A stretch of 63,973 bases of DNA, the filler included, from an uncultured bacterium (GTDB lineage Bacteria; Hinthialibacterota; Hinthialibacteria; Hinthialibacterales; Hinthialibacteraceae): NCBI GenBank assembly GCA_964449065.1. It is 12 parts of 12 records of this genome, joined end to end, with 100 filler letters (N's around TTAATTAATTAA, not from the genome) between each part and the next. Parts side by side here need not be neighbours in the genome. Positions count along the whole stretch, not along the records: positions 16,554 to 21,834 come from CAYVAZ010000341.1; positions 21,935 to 27,187 come from CAYVAZ010000342.1; positions 27,288 to 32,537 come from CAYVAZ010000343.1; 9 more parts are not named here. One strand, 5' to 3'. Shown here piece after piece: positions 19,900 through 30,150 of the stretch. The first letter of the stretch is position 1; the number at the start of each line of letters is the position of its first letter. Under the pieces are notes generated by a model. That model saw nothing but the letters and a program-made list of their open reading frames with translations. It was not told where the DNA came from and ran no database searches. The position numbers and the translations under genes were made by a program.

Positions 19900-20049
19900 A
19901 GAATATACCTGACCTAAGTTATAGTCTCTTTAACTAATTTCTAGCTTTTGAACACAAGAGTGGGAGTTTAATGGCATGAAGGCCTGCCGTCAACCCTAGA
20001 TTACACTTTTTAATGCAGAATCGCATTAAGGCAGAATCGCAGATTTCGG

Positions 20050-20541
20050 TTAGTCTTCTTTGTCTTTGCCCAACCAAGCGTTAAAGGTGGTCATGTTTTC
20101 AACGCCGCAGGCTTTGGCGTTAACAAACAATTGCAGCCTATACGCTGCCAGAAACCGCAAGGGCATTTCTACCAATGCTCTCCCCAGTTTTGGTTGGGTG
20201 CCGAAGGGGGTGGAGGTTTCGCGTTGCAAATCTTCATCGGACAATGAACCGACCCGTTCACGAACGTTCTGCAATTGCGCGTTCATTCTTTCACAAAAAT
20301 TTTCAAATGCAACATCATGAGAGGCTTCTCTATATTCTTTGATCACAGACCAGTCATTTTTGATCAGCGCGTCAGTCGGCCCTGAAGCGCATATGGTTAA
20401 ATACTGCATCAGTTCCAATGTGGTACGTTGATTTCCAGCCGGGCGGTATTCCATATTGGACACATCCATTTTGGAATGGATGTGTTTACAAATTACGGTT
20501 TCGCTTTCTATTAGTTCTAAAAAATCCTGTTTATAAAACAT
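20050..20541 (-). CDS. DinB/YfiT-like four-helix protein
   Basis: YRPAGNQRTTLELMQYL and AYRLQLF..AKACG patterns; RBS GAGGA. Confidence 0.7.
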   Translation of the reverse strand: MFYKQDFLELIESETVICKHIHSKMDVSNMEYRPAGNQRTTLELMQYLTICASGPTDALIKNDWSVIKEYREASHDVAFENFCERMNAQLQNVRERVGSLSDEDLQRETSTPFGTQPKLGRALVEMPLRFLAAYRLQLFVNAKACGVENMTTFNAWLGKDKED

Positions 20542-20601
20542 AATCCTTCCTCGTAAAACAAATAGATAGTTGGCAGCCTGTATACTATATCATTGCATCG
20601 T

Positions 20602-21723
20602 TTAATTTCCCAATCCATGTTTAATGGCCAGGTTTCTTCCATGATAGATTAACCGGTGAGCGATGGCCATTCGTTCATCCTGCCAAAGGGGCAATGCTTG
20701 GTCAACGTTCTTCCCCGCCGCCAGGAAATGTTGAGCCAATGAAACCGCGTCTCCACATGCTTTAGAAGTGCCGGAGGCGGTATGGGGACGAACAATGGAT
20801 GCGCTATCCCCTATTATTAGAGTTCTTCCCTTGTACATGCCGGGGCATTGAAAATCAAACACAAATTGGATAAAGGGAGCATGGGTTGCGGTAACAATAT
20901 CGGATAAGAATCGCGGCAATTCATTTATTGCGCGGTCATGTAGATGATCTAAATTGGATACGTGTAATTTCCCGGATAAAATCGCAGTCAAATTTTTCTT
21001 CCATTCGATATCCGACAGCATCTCCGGCAGTTTCGTCTCCTCATCAGCATTCCAATACCACACCCAATTTATCCTTCGGTTCCCCGCTTCCGTTTCCAGG
21101 TTATCACCCGGGATAAAATAGGCATGAGCAAGGGTGTTTTGTGTCTGACAATAGGTGAATTTGTTCTCCAAAATTTCAATGGCATCTTGGGGAACATTCG
21201 TCTCCGGAATCACGCCGCGCCATGCCACATATCCCGAATAGTTCGGTTGGACATCCGGAAATAAATTGTAGCGAATCACAGAATTGACCCCATCTGCTCC
21301 AATGAGCAGGTCTGATTGAATGTTCTCCCCGTCGGTCAATTCCACTTCCGCACCGCTTGTGGAGAATACAAGGGATACCGCTTCTTTTCCAAGATGATAA
21401 CAGTCGTCAGGAAAGGCAGATTTGAATTGGTGAAAGACGGCATCCCAGGATGTAAAGTTTGCAAAGGACGGATATGTCTTAATGACTTTCCCAGTCTGGT
21501 CTATGAATTGGCGTTCATAACCGGGAACAACGATTGTATTACCGGTTCCAATATCCTGTTCGTTCATCCAATCCAGCATTTCTTGCTGGACAATCAACCC
21601 GCCTCCCCGTCCGCGTAACGGGGCTTTTGACTTTTCATAAACAGACACATCACAACCGATGCTGCGTAATGCTATGCCCGCTGCTAACCCTGCAATAGAT
21701 CCGCCAACGATGGCTACTTTCAT
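20602..21723 (-). CDS. FAD-dependent monooxygenase (2,6-dihydroxypyridine hydroxylase-like)
   Basis: VAIVGGSIAGL, LIGADG, YSGYVAWRG, NWVWY, GDSASIVRPHTASGTSKA. Confidence 0.85.
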   Translation of the reverse strand: MKVAIVGGSIAGLAAGIALRSIGCDVSVYEKSKAPLRGRGGGLIVQQEMLDWMNEQDIGTGNTIVVPGYERQFIDQTGKVIKTYPSFANFTSWDAVFHQFKSAFPDDCYHLGKEAVSLVFSTSGAEVELTDGENIQSDLLIGADGVNSVIRYNLFPDVQPNYSGYVAWRGVIPETNVPQDAIEILENKFTYCQTQNTLAHAYFIPGDNLETEAGNRRINWVWYWNADEETKLPEMLSDIEWKKNLTAILSGKLHVSNLDHLHDRAINELPRFLSDIVTATHAPFIQFVFDFQCPGMYKGRTLIIGDSASIVRPHTASGTSKACGDAVSLAQHFLAAGKNVDQALPLWQDERMAIAHRLIYHGRNLAIKHGLGN

Positions 21724-21934
21724 TTTTTTCCCTTTACTTTTTAACTGATGTTCCGCAATCAATGATTGACGATTGCTTAAAAAATGGTTTTTGTTGTGAG
21801 CCAACTATTCTAAGTCAAACGCAGTGTCTATCGTNNNNNNNNNNNNNNNNNNNNNNNNNNNNNNNNNNNNNNNNNNNNTTAATTAATTAANNNNNNNNNN
21901 NNNNNNNNNNNNNNNNNNNNNNNNNNNNNNNNNN

Positions 21935-22399
21935 ATCAGTACCTCTAATAATCGAGTATGTCTTAGTACCATTTTCTGTATTTATTGCCTGAATAATACT
22001 ATATGCCAGTTGATGTTGTGTAAAGTTAAATTCATTATAGGCAACTCCTTTGTGCCAAATTGTATCACCGATAGAAGCAGAAAAATCATATAACAAAATA
22101 TCATGATAAGTCCAGTATGCTGGTTTAAACCATACTTTTTGACCTTCCTGCCTGAACCCGCCAATATAATCTTGTAGGTTTTCAACAGACAAAGTTGTAT
22201 CTGATACCGTGTATAGTTTATTATAAAGCGTGTCATTAATCAAGGTATCGCCTTTAAGTCCATAAAGCATCTCATCGGTTGGAGTACCAGCTGAATTGAT
22301 ATGGTTTACATTCCAGATTGCATTTGAATCCGGAAAGTGGGTCTGACTATACCCCTTTGAGGTGATGAATATGATTAAAATAAAAATATATTTTTTCAT
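21935..22399 (-). CDS. Secreted Bacteroidota-type protein, 3' truncated
   Basis: Signal MKKYIFILIIFITSKGYSQ; FPDSNAIW..GDTLINDTLYNKL..LLYDF..IGDT pattern seen in T9SS cargo. Confidence 0.7.
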
Positions 22400-22417
22400 A
22401 ATTTTCCTTTTTATAAG

Positions 22418-25400
22418 TTATTGTGTAATATCTAATGTGCCGTATTGATAGTCAAAAGTAGCCCCGGTGTTGATAATAAATTCACCGTGGTCACTGATTT
22501 TTATATAACCATTGTTTTTTAGTATAATATTGCTGCCACTTAAAGCTTTTATATTGGCATTCATTATCTTACCAGCATCAACTTTTAATTCGCCGCCAGA
22601 ATTTACCAATACCCTCGTGTAATCAGACATGGTTACTGTACATGTGGAAGCAATAGTTAATGTGCCGGAATTAATAATAATATCGCCACAAAGGTTTTTA
22701 TTTGTACTCCATGTTGTATTTGAGGTAATTATAGTAGGAGGACAGATTTCATAATATTCACCAGTATTCTGGGGGTCGTGCCTTTCGCTACCCCATTCAA
22801 TCAATTGGGAATTTCCGTTTGTCTCCCACATGTAAATTTTATTACCCGAACCTGCAATTAATTCACTTTTACCATTATTATCAACATCAGCTATACACGG
22901 AGAACCCTGTAATGCATCGTCAACGTGTAAGGGGAAGCCTAGAACTTTTGTGCCATCCATATTCAAAGCATGGATTCTGCCTTCGTCATTCGAACCAAAT
23001 ATTATTTCTATATCAGCATCGTTATCTACGTCGGCAAGTATAGGAGTTAATTTTCCGGGATTAAGGTTACTTATTGTTGTAGAACTGATTTGAGTACCAG
23101 ACTTGTTCCAGACTTTCACAATATTAGTGCCTATTGCAACAACCTCTAAATTACCATCATTATTAAGGTCACCTACTGAAATATCCTGTGAATGCCAGTC
23201 GTTAGGGTAACTTAGTTTTTGAGTTCCATTCCACCCGCTAACAACTGTTCCGTTGTGATGGATAGCTACAATCCTACCTTCTGAAGGAGTTGTTGTTGAA
23301 GATTTATCAACTAATGCGCAAGCAAGAATTTCTTTGTCGCCATCGTTGTCAATATCACAAATTACTGGGGAACTACTAAATTCATAAACAGAAATTGTAT
23401 AAAAAGGTTGTGAAGTACCATAATTAGTGCCATTATGATGCCAAATATAAATACCGCTTGTAATTACTAAATGATTTATATCATTGTTTTTATAGCAACC
23501 AATAATTTCTTTATCGCCGTTCCCATCAATATCGGCTAGAGATAATGAACCATAAGTACCTCCTATACCATCGGCAAAACTGTATAATAATTGACCTGTG
23601 GCACTATATACTCTTATCCCTCCCCATTCAGAATAAAAAATTGTTTCTAATGTTCCATCTGAACTATTATCCAGATTTGATACTATTGGTGGACGATAGC
23701 ATGGACCTTGTGCTGTATGTTGCCAAATTAAATCGGGTTTGCCATCACTATTATTATCATTTACAGAATGATTCGAAAAGTAATCAGGGCTTCCACTCCT
23801 GGTCATGGATATTACTTTATACTGACCATTTGATTCTAAATCGCCAATAGCTGGCGTTGAATTCATCCCTGCATTTAAATATGCAAAACCACTATAAGTC
23901 GTTAAATTCCCATCAATATCAAAAAGTTCTGTACCATCTGAATTCAATCCAATTAAGTAACTATTGTTGTTATCAACCGAAATATTAGTAAATAATTCTT
24001 TTATATTATAACCACTTATGTTGGTGTAAGGTGTCCAGAATAATTCGATTTCAGTTTTATCAGCAGTAAAATCTATCGTTGAAGTATTAATTTTAGCAGG
24101 TTTATCTAGTAAATTAAAGTTAAACGACCATGTTTTACCAAATTCATTTTCAACCTGCAAGATGAAATCTAAAACTTGACCAACTGTATAGGAAGATGAA
24201 ACCGTAAATTGGTAAACAGAGGTATTGGTTTCAGTGCCAAATTTATCAATTGCAGGATAATTCCTTGGTGTTGATGAACAACTTGTAATATAGGAACTGT
24301 TCCCTGCTAATACACCTGTAATGCCAGTTGCTTGCGCTTTGCCCTTATTAAACAAGTCAATGTTTATGGTTACCGTTTCATTGGGTTCTATTATTTTATC
24401 CCCATCGCTGGTTGTAACAATTGTTTTATTTGCTTGTTCTATGTCCGGTTTAAACACGTCAATATTAAATACATCGGTATAAGAATTGCTTGCTCCATCT
24501 GTTATTTGCAGTATAAATTTTACAGGGTTTAAATCATTTACCAAAATCTCCGGTGCATCCTTGTCAATGGTAAAAACATATTTTGTTAATGATGTTTTTG
24601 TACCTCCTGAACTAATATTTCCATAACTTGAATTATTGTTTGAAATAGAAACATAAGGAGAACTACAGGTTAAAGTTGCCGAAACATTTGTAGCGCTTGA
24701 AGCCCCATTATTTTTTAGTTCAACTGTGAGTTCAATGGTTTCCCCGGCATCAATCTGTTGGTCGTTATTACCATTGCTGCTTCCTGTTTTATCGTCATCA
24801 AAAGTCATGTTTGAGATAAAAATGTTTTGATTTTGGTTGGTATTAACCGTAATTATTGACTCATAAGGTTTAAAATTATGAGAAGTTACAGTAACATTTA
24901 TTTGACCTGATGTGTGAGGGGTAAAAGTAAAATTATAACTGCCATTTGCGGATACTGTTTGTGTAGCATAACCCTCATCGCCTTTTTGCAGGCAAATAGT
25001 TGCTGTTTTACCTGATGGAAGGTTATTTATGGTTACTACAATTGTATTTTCGCCGCTTACAACTGTTGTTGGGCTAACAGAGACATTTAACGTTTGAGGG
25101 GTATTCGTCCATACAGGCATCTCTGGGTCACCCAGTAAGGTCAATCTTTTTCTTGAACTTGATGAAGTACCTTGTGCTTTTTGAAATACAAAACCTAAAT
25201 TATAACCAGTACTTGGATGTCCGGTCGTTTCATATAATGCATCACTAAAATATTGAAATTGCCAGTGTTCTCCATACCATCCAACATCTGCATTGCCAAT
25301 AAACGCAACCCCTCCTCCTTGGGATTTATTAATATAGTGTTCTCCGATACAGTCCTTGTCAAATGTTCCAGGACTACATCCATTTGTAAATAAAATCTGA

Positions 25401-27121
25401 TTGTAGTTTCCATTGCTTAAAAAATCAAAATCTTCATTTCTAAATGATTCATCAGTTACCCTTGAAACTCCCATCCCTTTAACACCAGAGTGTTGTAAAT
25501 GATAAACAATGTGAAAATTCCCTAAACCTGATGAACCTCCATTATTTAAGCAAGAAATTGCATTCGTTTTATTTAATGTTTGATTCCCAGTTAAACATGT
25601 TCCACCACCAGGTTTTACATAATTAACTGTTGGCTCAGAAGGGTTGCATTGTTCATATTGATGAGTATAATATGCATAAGGTGTTGAATAAGGATTAGAA
25701 GAATTATATTGACAATCATAATTATCAAATAAAAACCAACGGTTAATATTTGTTGGCATGTATGTAGTCGCGATGTTTTTAAGTTCGTTTGAATAAGTTG
25801 GATAGCCACCATTAGGACCATTTAAAAACACTCCACAAACATTTTCATCTAAAAATCCAACTAAACATAAATAATTATTCACGTAAGAACTGATACCCAA
25901 ATTTGAATATTTCTCATAAGCAATTACTTTATTAACAAATGTTTGCGCCTCTGTTAAATCTTCAATTGATGCCCTTCCCAAAATAAAATCAGGTCCATAA
26001 TCAACAGTATCGCCGGATTCTCCAAAAACATTATTGTTATTTGCATTCCATGCCCCTCCTATTGTAGTATAATACAAGTCGGTTGGTTTTACGCCATTAA
26101 TGGACGGATAACGAACATTATTAACCATTCTTGCTGGAACAATATTAACATCCCCACCAAGTAAAATATATAGACTTGCTCCCCATTTACTGTAGGCTTC
26201 TTTTAAATAGTTTCTGATTTTCTCAGGCAAGTCAGAACCGGGATAATTAGGTTCTATTTCTTCAATAGTTTTTATAATAGCAGGTAAACCTTTCTTTGTT
26301 TTCCAGTCCGCTAATGTTTGGAAAGTTGGTTTTAATTCTTCATTGGTGATTATTATATAATCAGGAACTAATTCTTCGATTACAGAAGTTGATTTTAACT
26401 GTATTGTTTTTACATCTGTACTTTCTGTTTTATTTAGGCTGCTTGATTCATCAATTATTTTTACGTCTTTATCTTTGAAATTTTCTACATCAGTAACATT
26501 TTTTACATATCCTTCAATGAATTTCTTTGCTAATTCTGCTCTTTTGTATGATTGTTTCTCTGGCTGAATAATAGAATTACTTTTTATTTTTGAAGAAGAA
26601 TAATTGATAGTAAAACTAATATCCTGTAAATAAAGCTCCCTGTTCTTGGGAATATACTCAACAGGATAAATCTTTACTGTAACAATATGATAGCCATGCA
26701 TATATTCATCGGATATTATTTCAACTGTTTTTCCGGGATAAGGTTCAGATGAATTATAAACAGCAGGATTGGGTTCAACAAATGCAGGTGGTTCACTTCC
26801 ATCAAGCGGTCTTGGTGGTTGAGTAGGGTAGATATAAAACTTTCCCTTGACTTTTTGTTTTGTTACAGACGTAATCTGTAATCCAGAAACAATAGCATCA
26901 TAAGGAACAACAAAGGATTCAATACGAATAGGTAATTGAGGGTTTCCAATCTCATCTGTAAACGAATAATCCTTTGTGATTAATTCATCAAAATCAGCAT
27001 TTTTCTGAAAAATTAGCTCATTTTGGGTCAACGTAAAGCTTTCACTTACTTGTGCTTTAAGTAAAACTGGTAATCCCATTAAAGTTATTACCAAAATTTT
27101 AAAGATTAGATTAGGTTTCAT
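22418..27121 (-). CDS. C25 (gingipain-like) cysteine peptidase with propeptide, Ig/CARDB-like and FG-GAP domains
   Basis: GNPQLP propeptide; YIIIT..LADWKTKKG; LLGGD-like, TDLYY; putative catalytic His (LQHSG) and Cys (NGCS); LLGDPEMPVWT; DIDGNGDKEI repeats. Confidence 0.9.
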   Translation of the reverse strand: MKPNLIFKILVITLMGLPVLLKAQVSESFTLTQNELIFQKNADFDELITKDYSFTDEIGNPQLPIRIESFVVPYDAIVSGLQITSVTKQKVKGKFYIYPTQPPRPLDGSEPPAFVEPNPAVYNSSEPYPGKTVEIISDEYMHGYHIVTVKIYPVEYIPKNRELYLQDISFTINYSSSKIKSNSIIQPEKQSYKRAELAKKFIEGYVKNVTDVENFKDKDVKIIDESSSLNKTESTDVKTIQLKSTSVIEELVPDYIIITNEELKPTFQTLADWKTKKGLPAIIKTIEEIEPNYPGSDLPEKIRNYLKEAYSKWGASLYILLGGDVNIVPARMVNNVRYPSINGVKPTDLYYTTIGGAWNANNNNVFGESGDTVDYGPDFILGRASIEDLTEAQTFVNKVIAYEKYSNLGISSYVNNYLCLVGFLDENVCGVFLNGPNGGYPTYSNELKNIATTYMPTNINRWFLFDNYDCQYNSSNPYSTPYAYYTHQYEQCNPSEPTVNYVKPGGGTCLTGNQTLNKTNAISCLNNGGSSGLGNFHIVYHLQHSGVKGMGVSRVTDESFRNEDFDFLSNGNYNQILFTNGCSPGTFDKDCIGEHYINKSQGGGVAFIGNADVGWYGEHWQFQYFSDALYETTGHPSTGYNLGFVFQKAQGTSSSSRKRLTLLGDPEMPVWTNTPQTLNVSVSPTTVVSGENTIVVTINNLPSGKTATICLQKGDEGYATQTVSANGSYNFTFTPHTSGQINVTVTSHNFKPYESIITVNTNQNQNIFISNMTFDDDKTGSSNGNNDQQIDAGETIELTVELKNNGASSATNVSATLTCSSPYVSISNNNSSYGNISSGGTKTSLTKYVFTIDKDAPEILVNDLNPVKFILQITDGASNSYTDVFNIDVFKPDIEQANKTIVTTSDGDKIIEPNETVTINIDLFNKGKAQATGITGVLAGNSSYITSCSSTPRNYPAIDKFGTETNTSVYQFTVSSSYTVGQVLDFILQVENEFGKTWSFNFNLLDKPAKINTSTIDFTADKTEIELFWTPYTNISGYNIKELFTNISVDNNNSYLIGLNSDGTELFDIDGNLTTYSGFAYLNAGMNSTPAIGDLESNGQYKVISMTRSGSPDYFSNHSVNDNNSDGKPDLIWQHTAQGPCYRPPIVSNLDNSSDGTLETIFYSEWGGIRVYSATGQLLYSFADGIGGTYGSLSLADIDGNGDKEIIGCYKNNDINHLVITSGIYIWHHNGTNYGTSQPFYTISVYEFSSSPVICDIDNDGDKEILACALVDKSSTTTPSEGRIVAIHHNGTVVSGWNGTQKLSYPNDWHSQDISVGDLNNDGNLEVVAIGTNIVKVWNKSGTQISSTTISNLNPGKLTPILADVDNDADIEIIFGSNDEGRIHALNMDGTKVLGFPLHVDDALQGSPCIADVDNNGKSELIAGSGNKIYMWETNGNSQLIEWGSERHDPQNTGEYYEICPPTIITSNTTWSTNKNLCGDIIINSGTLTIASTCTVTMSDYTRVLVNSGGELKVDAGKIMNANIKALSGSNIILKNNGYIKISDHGEFIINTGATFDYQYGTLDITQ

Positions 27122-27524
27122 TTCATAATTATATTCACTAGTGGGCACTTAAAACCCACTGATTTTTAATTGGTTATTATTTTGTTCNNNNNNNNNNNNN
27201 NNNNNNNNNNNNNNNNNNNNNNNNNNNNNNNTTAATTAATTAANNNNNNNNNNNNNNNNNNNNNNNNNNNNNNNNNNNNNNNNNNNNTTATCTTCTCCCA
27301 AAGGGAGAAGACGATAGACACTGCGTTTGACTGAGAATAGTTAGCTCACAACAAAAACCATTTTTCACGCAATCGTCAATCATGGATTGCGTAACATCAG
27401 TGAAATAATATGCGGTATGCGGTACCGGCTGGAAGCCGATGCTACCCAATACGAACATACTTTTGGAAACCGCTCTAAAATGTTCATTCAAACTTTCTTT
27501 CAAACAATTCTTTCAAACATTGCG

Positions 27525-27553
27525 TTGACAAATCAGGTTTTCACGGCTGTAAT
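27525..27553 (+). promoter_or_regulatory. Sigma70-type promoter
   Basis: TTGACA-N17-TGTAAT upstream of a three-gene run. Confidence 0.6.
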
Positions 27554-27606
27554 ATAAGATTAACATGGCCTTGCGAATGTTGCGGGGCGTTTTGGAGTCA
27601 GCAGAT

Positions 27607-27990
27607 ATGCTGCGGCATCTATCGATGTTGTTGGTTTTATGTTTGGTTGGGGGATGTTACACCACTACGGTGAAGATTGATTCGACGCCGCAGGGTGCAG
27701 ATGTCCACTATGACTTTGAGCCCAAAGGCAAAACGCCGGTGGAGTTCGAGGTTGAATGGCACGGGGTCCATAAAGTCACACTGGATCATCCCGAATACGG
27801 AAGGCGCGTTGAGTATGTTACGGTGGAAACACCGGCATACCAAACGTTCCCACTTGACTTTTTTGCCACCATAGCCCCTTGGAACATGACCGACCGCCAC
27901 GAGTTTCATTTTGATCTGACACAGGTTGATCTGACACAGACTCCACCGAAAACCGAAGACACAGAAGCAACCGAAGACCCATCTGAATAA
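27607..27990 (+). CDS. PEGA-domain lipoprotein
   Basis: Lipobox LVGGC; IDSTPQGADV..GKTP. Confidence 0.8.
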   Translation: MLRHLSMLLVLCLVGGCYTTTVKIDSTPQGADVHYDFEPKGKTPVEFEVEWHGVHKVTLDHPEYGRRVEYVTVETPAYQTFPLDFFATIAPWNMTDRHEFHFDLTQVDLTQTPPKTEDTEATEDPSE

Positions 27991-28002
27991 GGAGCACTCA
28001 TT

Positions 28003-28428
28003 ATGGCAACACGCGCACGCAGAGCCCCATCGCGCGCCGCGGACCCGTCCGGCGGCAACGTATTATTTACTCTGGGATTGGTCAGCGTCGTCGCGCTGCT
28101 GATTGTCGGCTATATCATGACCAACGGCGGGATGAACGCATCGACCCCGTCATCCGGTAACGAAAGTTTGTTTGTCACCTCAACGCCCACGCCGGAGCCC
28201 GTCACCCCCCCCGCTGGCGGCGGTATGATGAATTCGATGATGATGGAGCAGTTGGAGAAATTGAAAGAACAGGTCAGCACGTTACAGGAAAATAATCAGC
28301 AGCTCAATGACGAATTGGCGGAAGTGAAAACGCAAAAAAACAAAGAGATTGAAAACCTGAAACTGCGCATCCAAACGCTGATGCTGGATAACAAGCGGAT
28401 GGAAAAAGAGTTGTACGGAGAGAATTAA
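28003..28428 (+). CDS. Membrane-anchored coiled-coil hypothetical protein
   Basis: RBS AAGGAG; one TM helix, Pro-rich linker, heptad C-terminus. Confidence 0.75.
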   Translation: MATRARRAPSRAADPSGGNVLFTLGLVSVVALLIVGYIMTNGGMNASTPSSGNESLFVTSTPTPEPVTPPAGGGMMNSMMMEQLEKLKEQVSTLQENNQQLNDELAEVKTQKNKEIENLKLRIQTLMLDNKRMEKELYGEN

Positions 28429-28430
28429 CC

Positions 28431-29504
28431 ATGCCCTATGTGTTTGGCGTTGACGGTGGTGCCAGCAACAGCCGGGCGGTGCTTTCCACCCTGCAGGGCG
28501 AGGTTCTGTACACGGCAAACGGCCCCGGTGTTAACTACCATGAATGCGGCGCGGAAAAAGCCGCTTCCACCCTCCACCGCTTATTTCAAGACTGTTTGGA
28601 AGGCGCGCGCGCGCGTGTGGATGAGTGTAAAGGGTTGTGCTTTGGTCTTGCCGGAATCGGCAGAGAGAAAGACCATTCGATTCTCATGCCGGTGTTGGAG
28701 CAAAAATTCACGGCCGGTTCTTTCATCCTTACCAGCGACGCGGAAATCGCGTTAACCAGCGGATCGCTATCTGACCAAGGGATTCTCATTATCGCGGGGA
28801 CCGGCTCGATGGTATACGGGAAAACCGAGGGGGGGCTCACAGCTCGTGCCGGCGGGTATGGCCCGCTGCTTTCGGATGAAGGCAGCGGATACCGTATTGG
28901 GTTGGAAGCCATGCGTGCCACGGTCAAAGATGAGGAAGGAATCGGGCTTCCGACCGCTCTGACACAAAAATTGTATAGCGTACTCAATTTTCGGGGTTTG
29001 GATGATTTGGTGCAATGGTCGGTATCCGGAAACGCGGGGAAGGAGAAGATCGCCTCGCTGGCGCCATTGGTGATCCGTACGGCAGAAGAGGAAGACCCGG
29101 TGGCGGAAGAAATTCTCTACCAACAAGCCGATCAATTGGCTTTGTATGTGGAAGCGGTTTATAAAAAGTTGGAAATGCCCGAACGTGTGGATGTCATATT
29201 AGCGGGCGGCATTTTGGATCAAGCGTCGTTTTATTGGCAGATTATCCGGCGAAAAATTATTTATCTCATTCCGGGAGCACACGTCATGGCCCCGAAATTG
29301 GAACCCGTTTTAGGAGCCATTTTATTTGGGATGTCACACGCAAGAATTAAAATTGATTCGGATATTATCAATAGTTTGCGCCGATCCCATGCTGAATACA
29401 AACAAAAACACACGGCATTGCCCCGGTCAACTCCTTCCGAACCCGTGGAGCAAGATTCTGCGGCATCCCCACAGGCGGTTACCGGAAGCGGGTCACAATT
29501 TTAA
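28431..29504 (+). CDS. BadF/BadG/BcrA/BcrD-family amino-sugar kinase (GlcNAc/MurNAc kinase-like)
   Basis: GVDGGASNS, IIAGTGS, RAGGYGPLLSDEGSGY. Confidence 0.9.
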   Translation: MPYVFGVDGGASNSRAVLSTLQGEVLYTANGPGVNYHECGAEKAASTLHRLFQDCLEGARARVDECKGLCFGLAGIGREKDHSILMPVLEQKFTAGSFILTSDAEIALTSGSLSDQGILIIAGTGSMVYGKTEGGLTARAGGYGPLLSDEGSGYRIGLEAMRATVKDEEGIGLPTALTQKLYSVLNFRGLDDLVQWSVSGNAGKEKIASLAPLVIRTAEEEDPVAEEILYQQADQLALYVEAVYKKLEMPERVDVILAGGILDQASFYWQIIRRKIIYLIPGAHVMAPKLEPVLGAILFGMSHARIKIDSDIINSLRRSHAEYKQKHTALPRSTPSEPVEQDSAASPQAVTGSGSQF

Positions 29505-29796
29505 CGATATCGGAAAGGGTTTTGTCGGAATTTTCTTTTACAAACATAACAAATTCCATGATTTCCTCCGGCACTTCATCGTCAATAAAGAACTGGCCGA
29601 TGTTGACATCCAAGGATTGAGCGATGCGGTAGGCAACATCGATGCTGCAACCTTTCTTGCCGCGCTCGATATCCCCCAAAAACGATAGATGAACACCGAC
29701 TTTATCCGCCAAATCCTTTTGCGTTAATTTGCGTTTGGACCGTATGGCGCGAACACGCTTCCCGAAATATACACACACTTCTGTTTTACTCTTCAT
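29479..29796 (-). CDS. XRE-family HTH regulator
   Basis: FGKRVRAIR..LTQKDLA..IERG..IAQSLDV; convergent overlap with kinase 3' end. Confidence 0.88.
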   Translation of the reverse strand: MKSKTEVCVYFGKRVRAIRSKRKLTQKDLADKVGVHLSFLGDIERGKKGCSIDVAYRIAQSLDVNIGQFFIDDEVPEEIMEFVMFVKENSDKTLSDIVKIVTRFR

Positions 29797-30150
29797 GGAG
29801 GCCCCCTTATCTACGCTGGTTTCATTTGGATTGTCTGTGCCATTGGTTTTGGAATGGGTTGGTTTATCCAACGAACCGGTGTTCCAATCACCACCATAAC
29901 ACATCTCTTAGGATTTTTTCTCATCGATTCTAAACGCAAGGGGAATACCAGATAATCAGTATTTATGTATCTTATAGAATTTAAATCCAAAAAGATGATC
30001 AAGTCAATCTATTTCAAAGGGTTATCGAATTGGATTGCTTTATTGCATAGGTACAATCTGATAAAAATGCTTATGGAGTTTTTTTAAAATGAAAACCAAT
30101 TTTGTATTTTTTTTCGAAATGAAAAATGGTTATTGTAATGTTTTGTAGAT

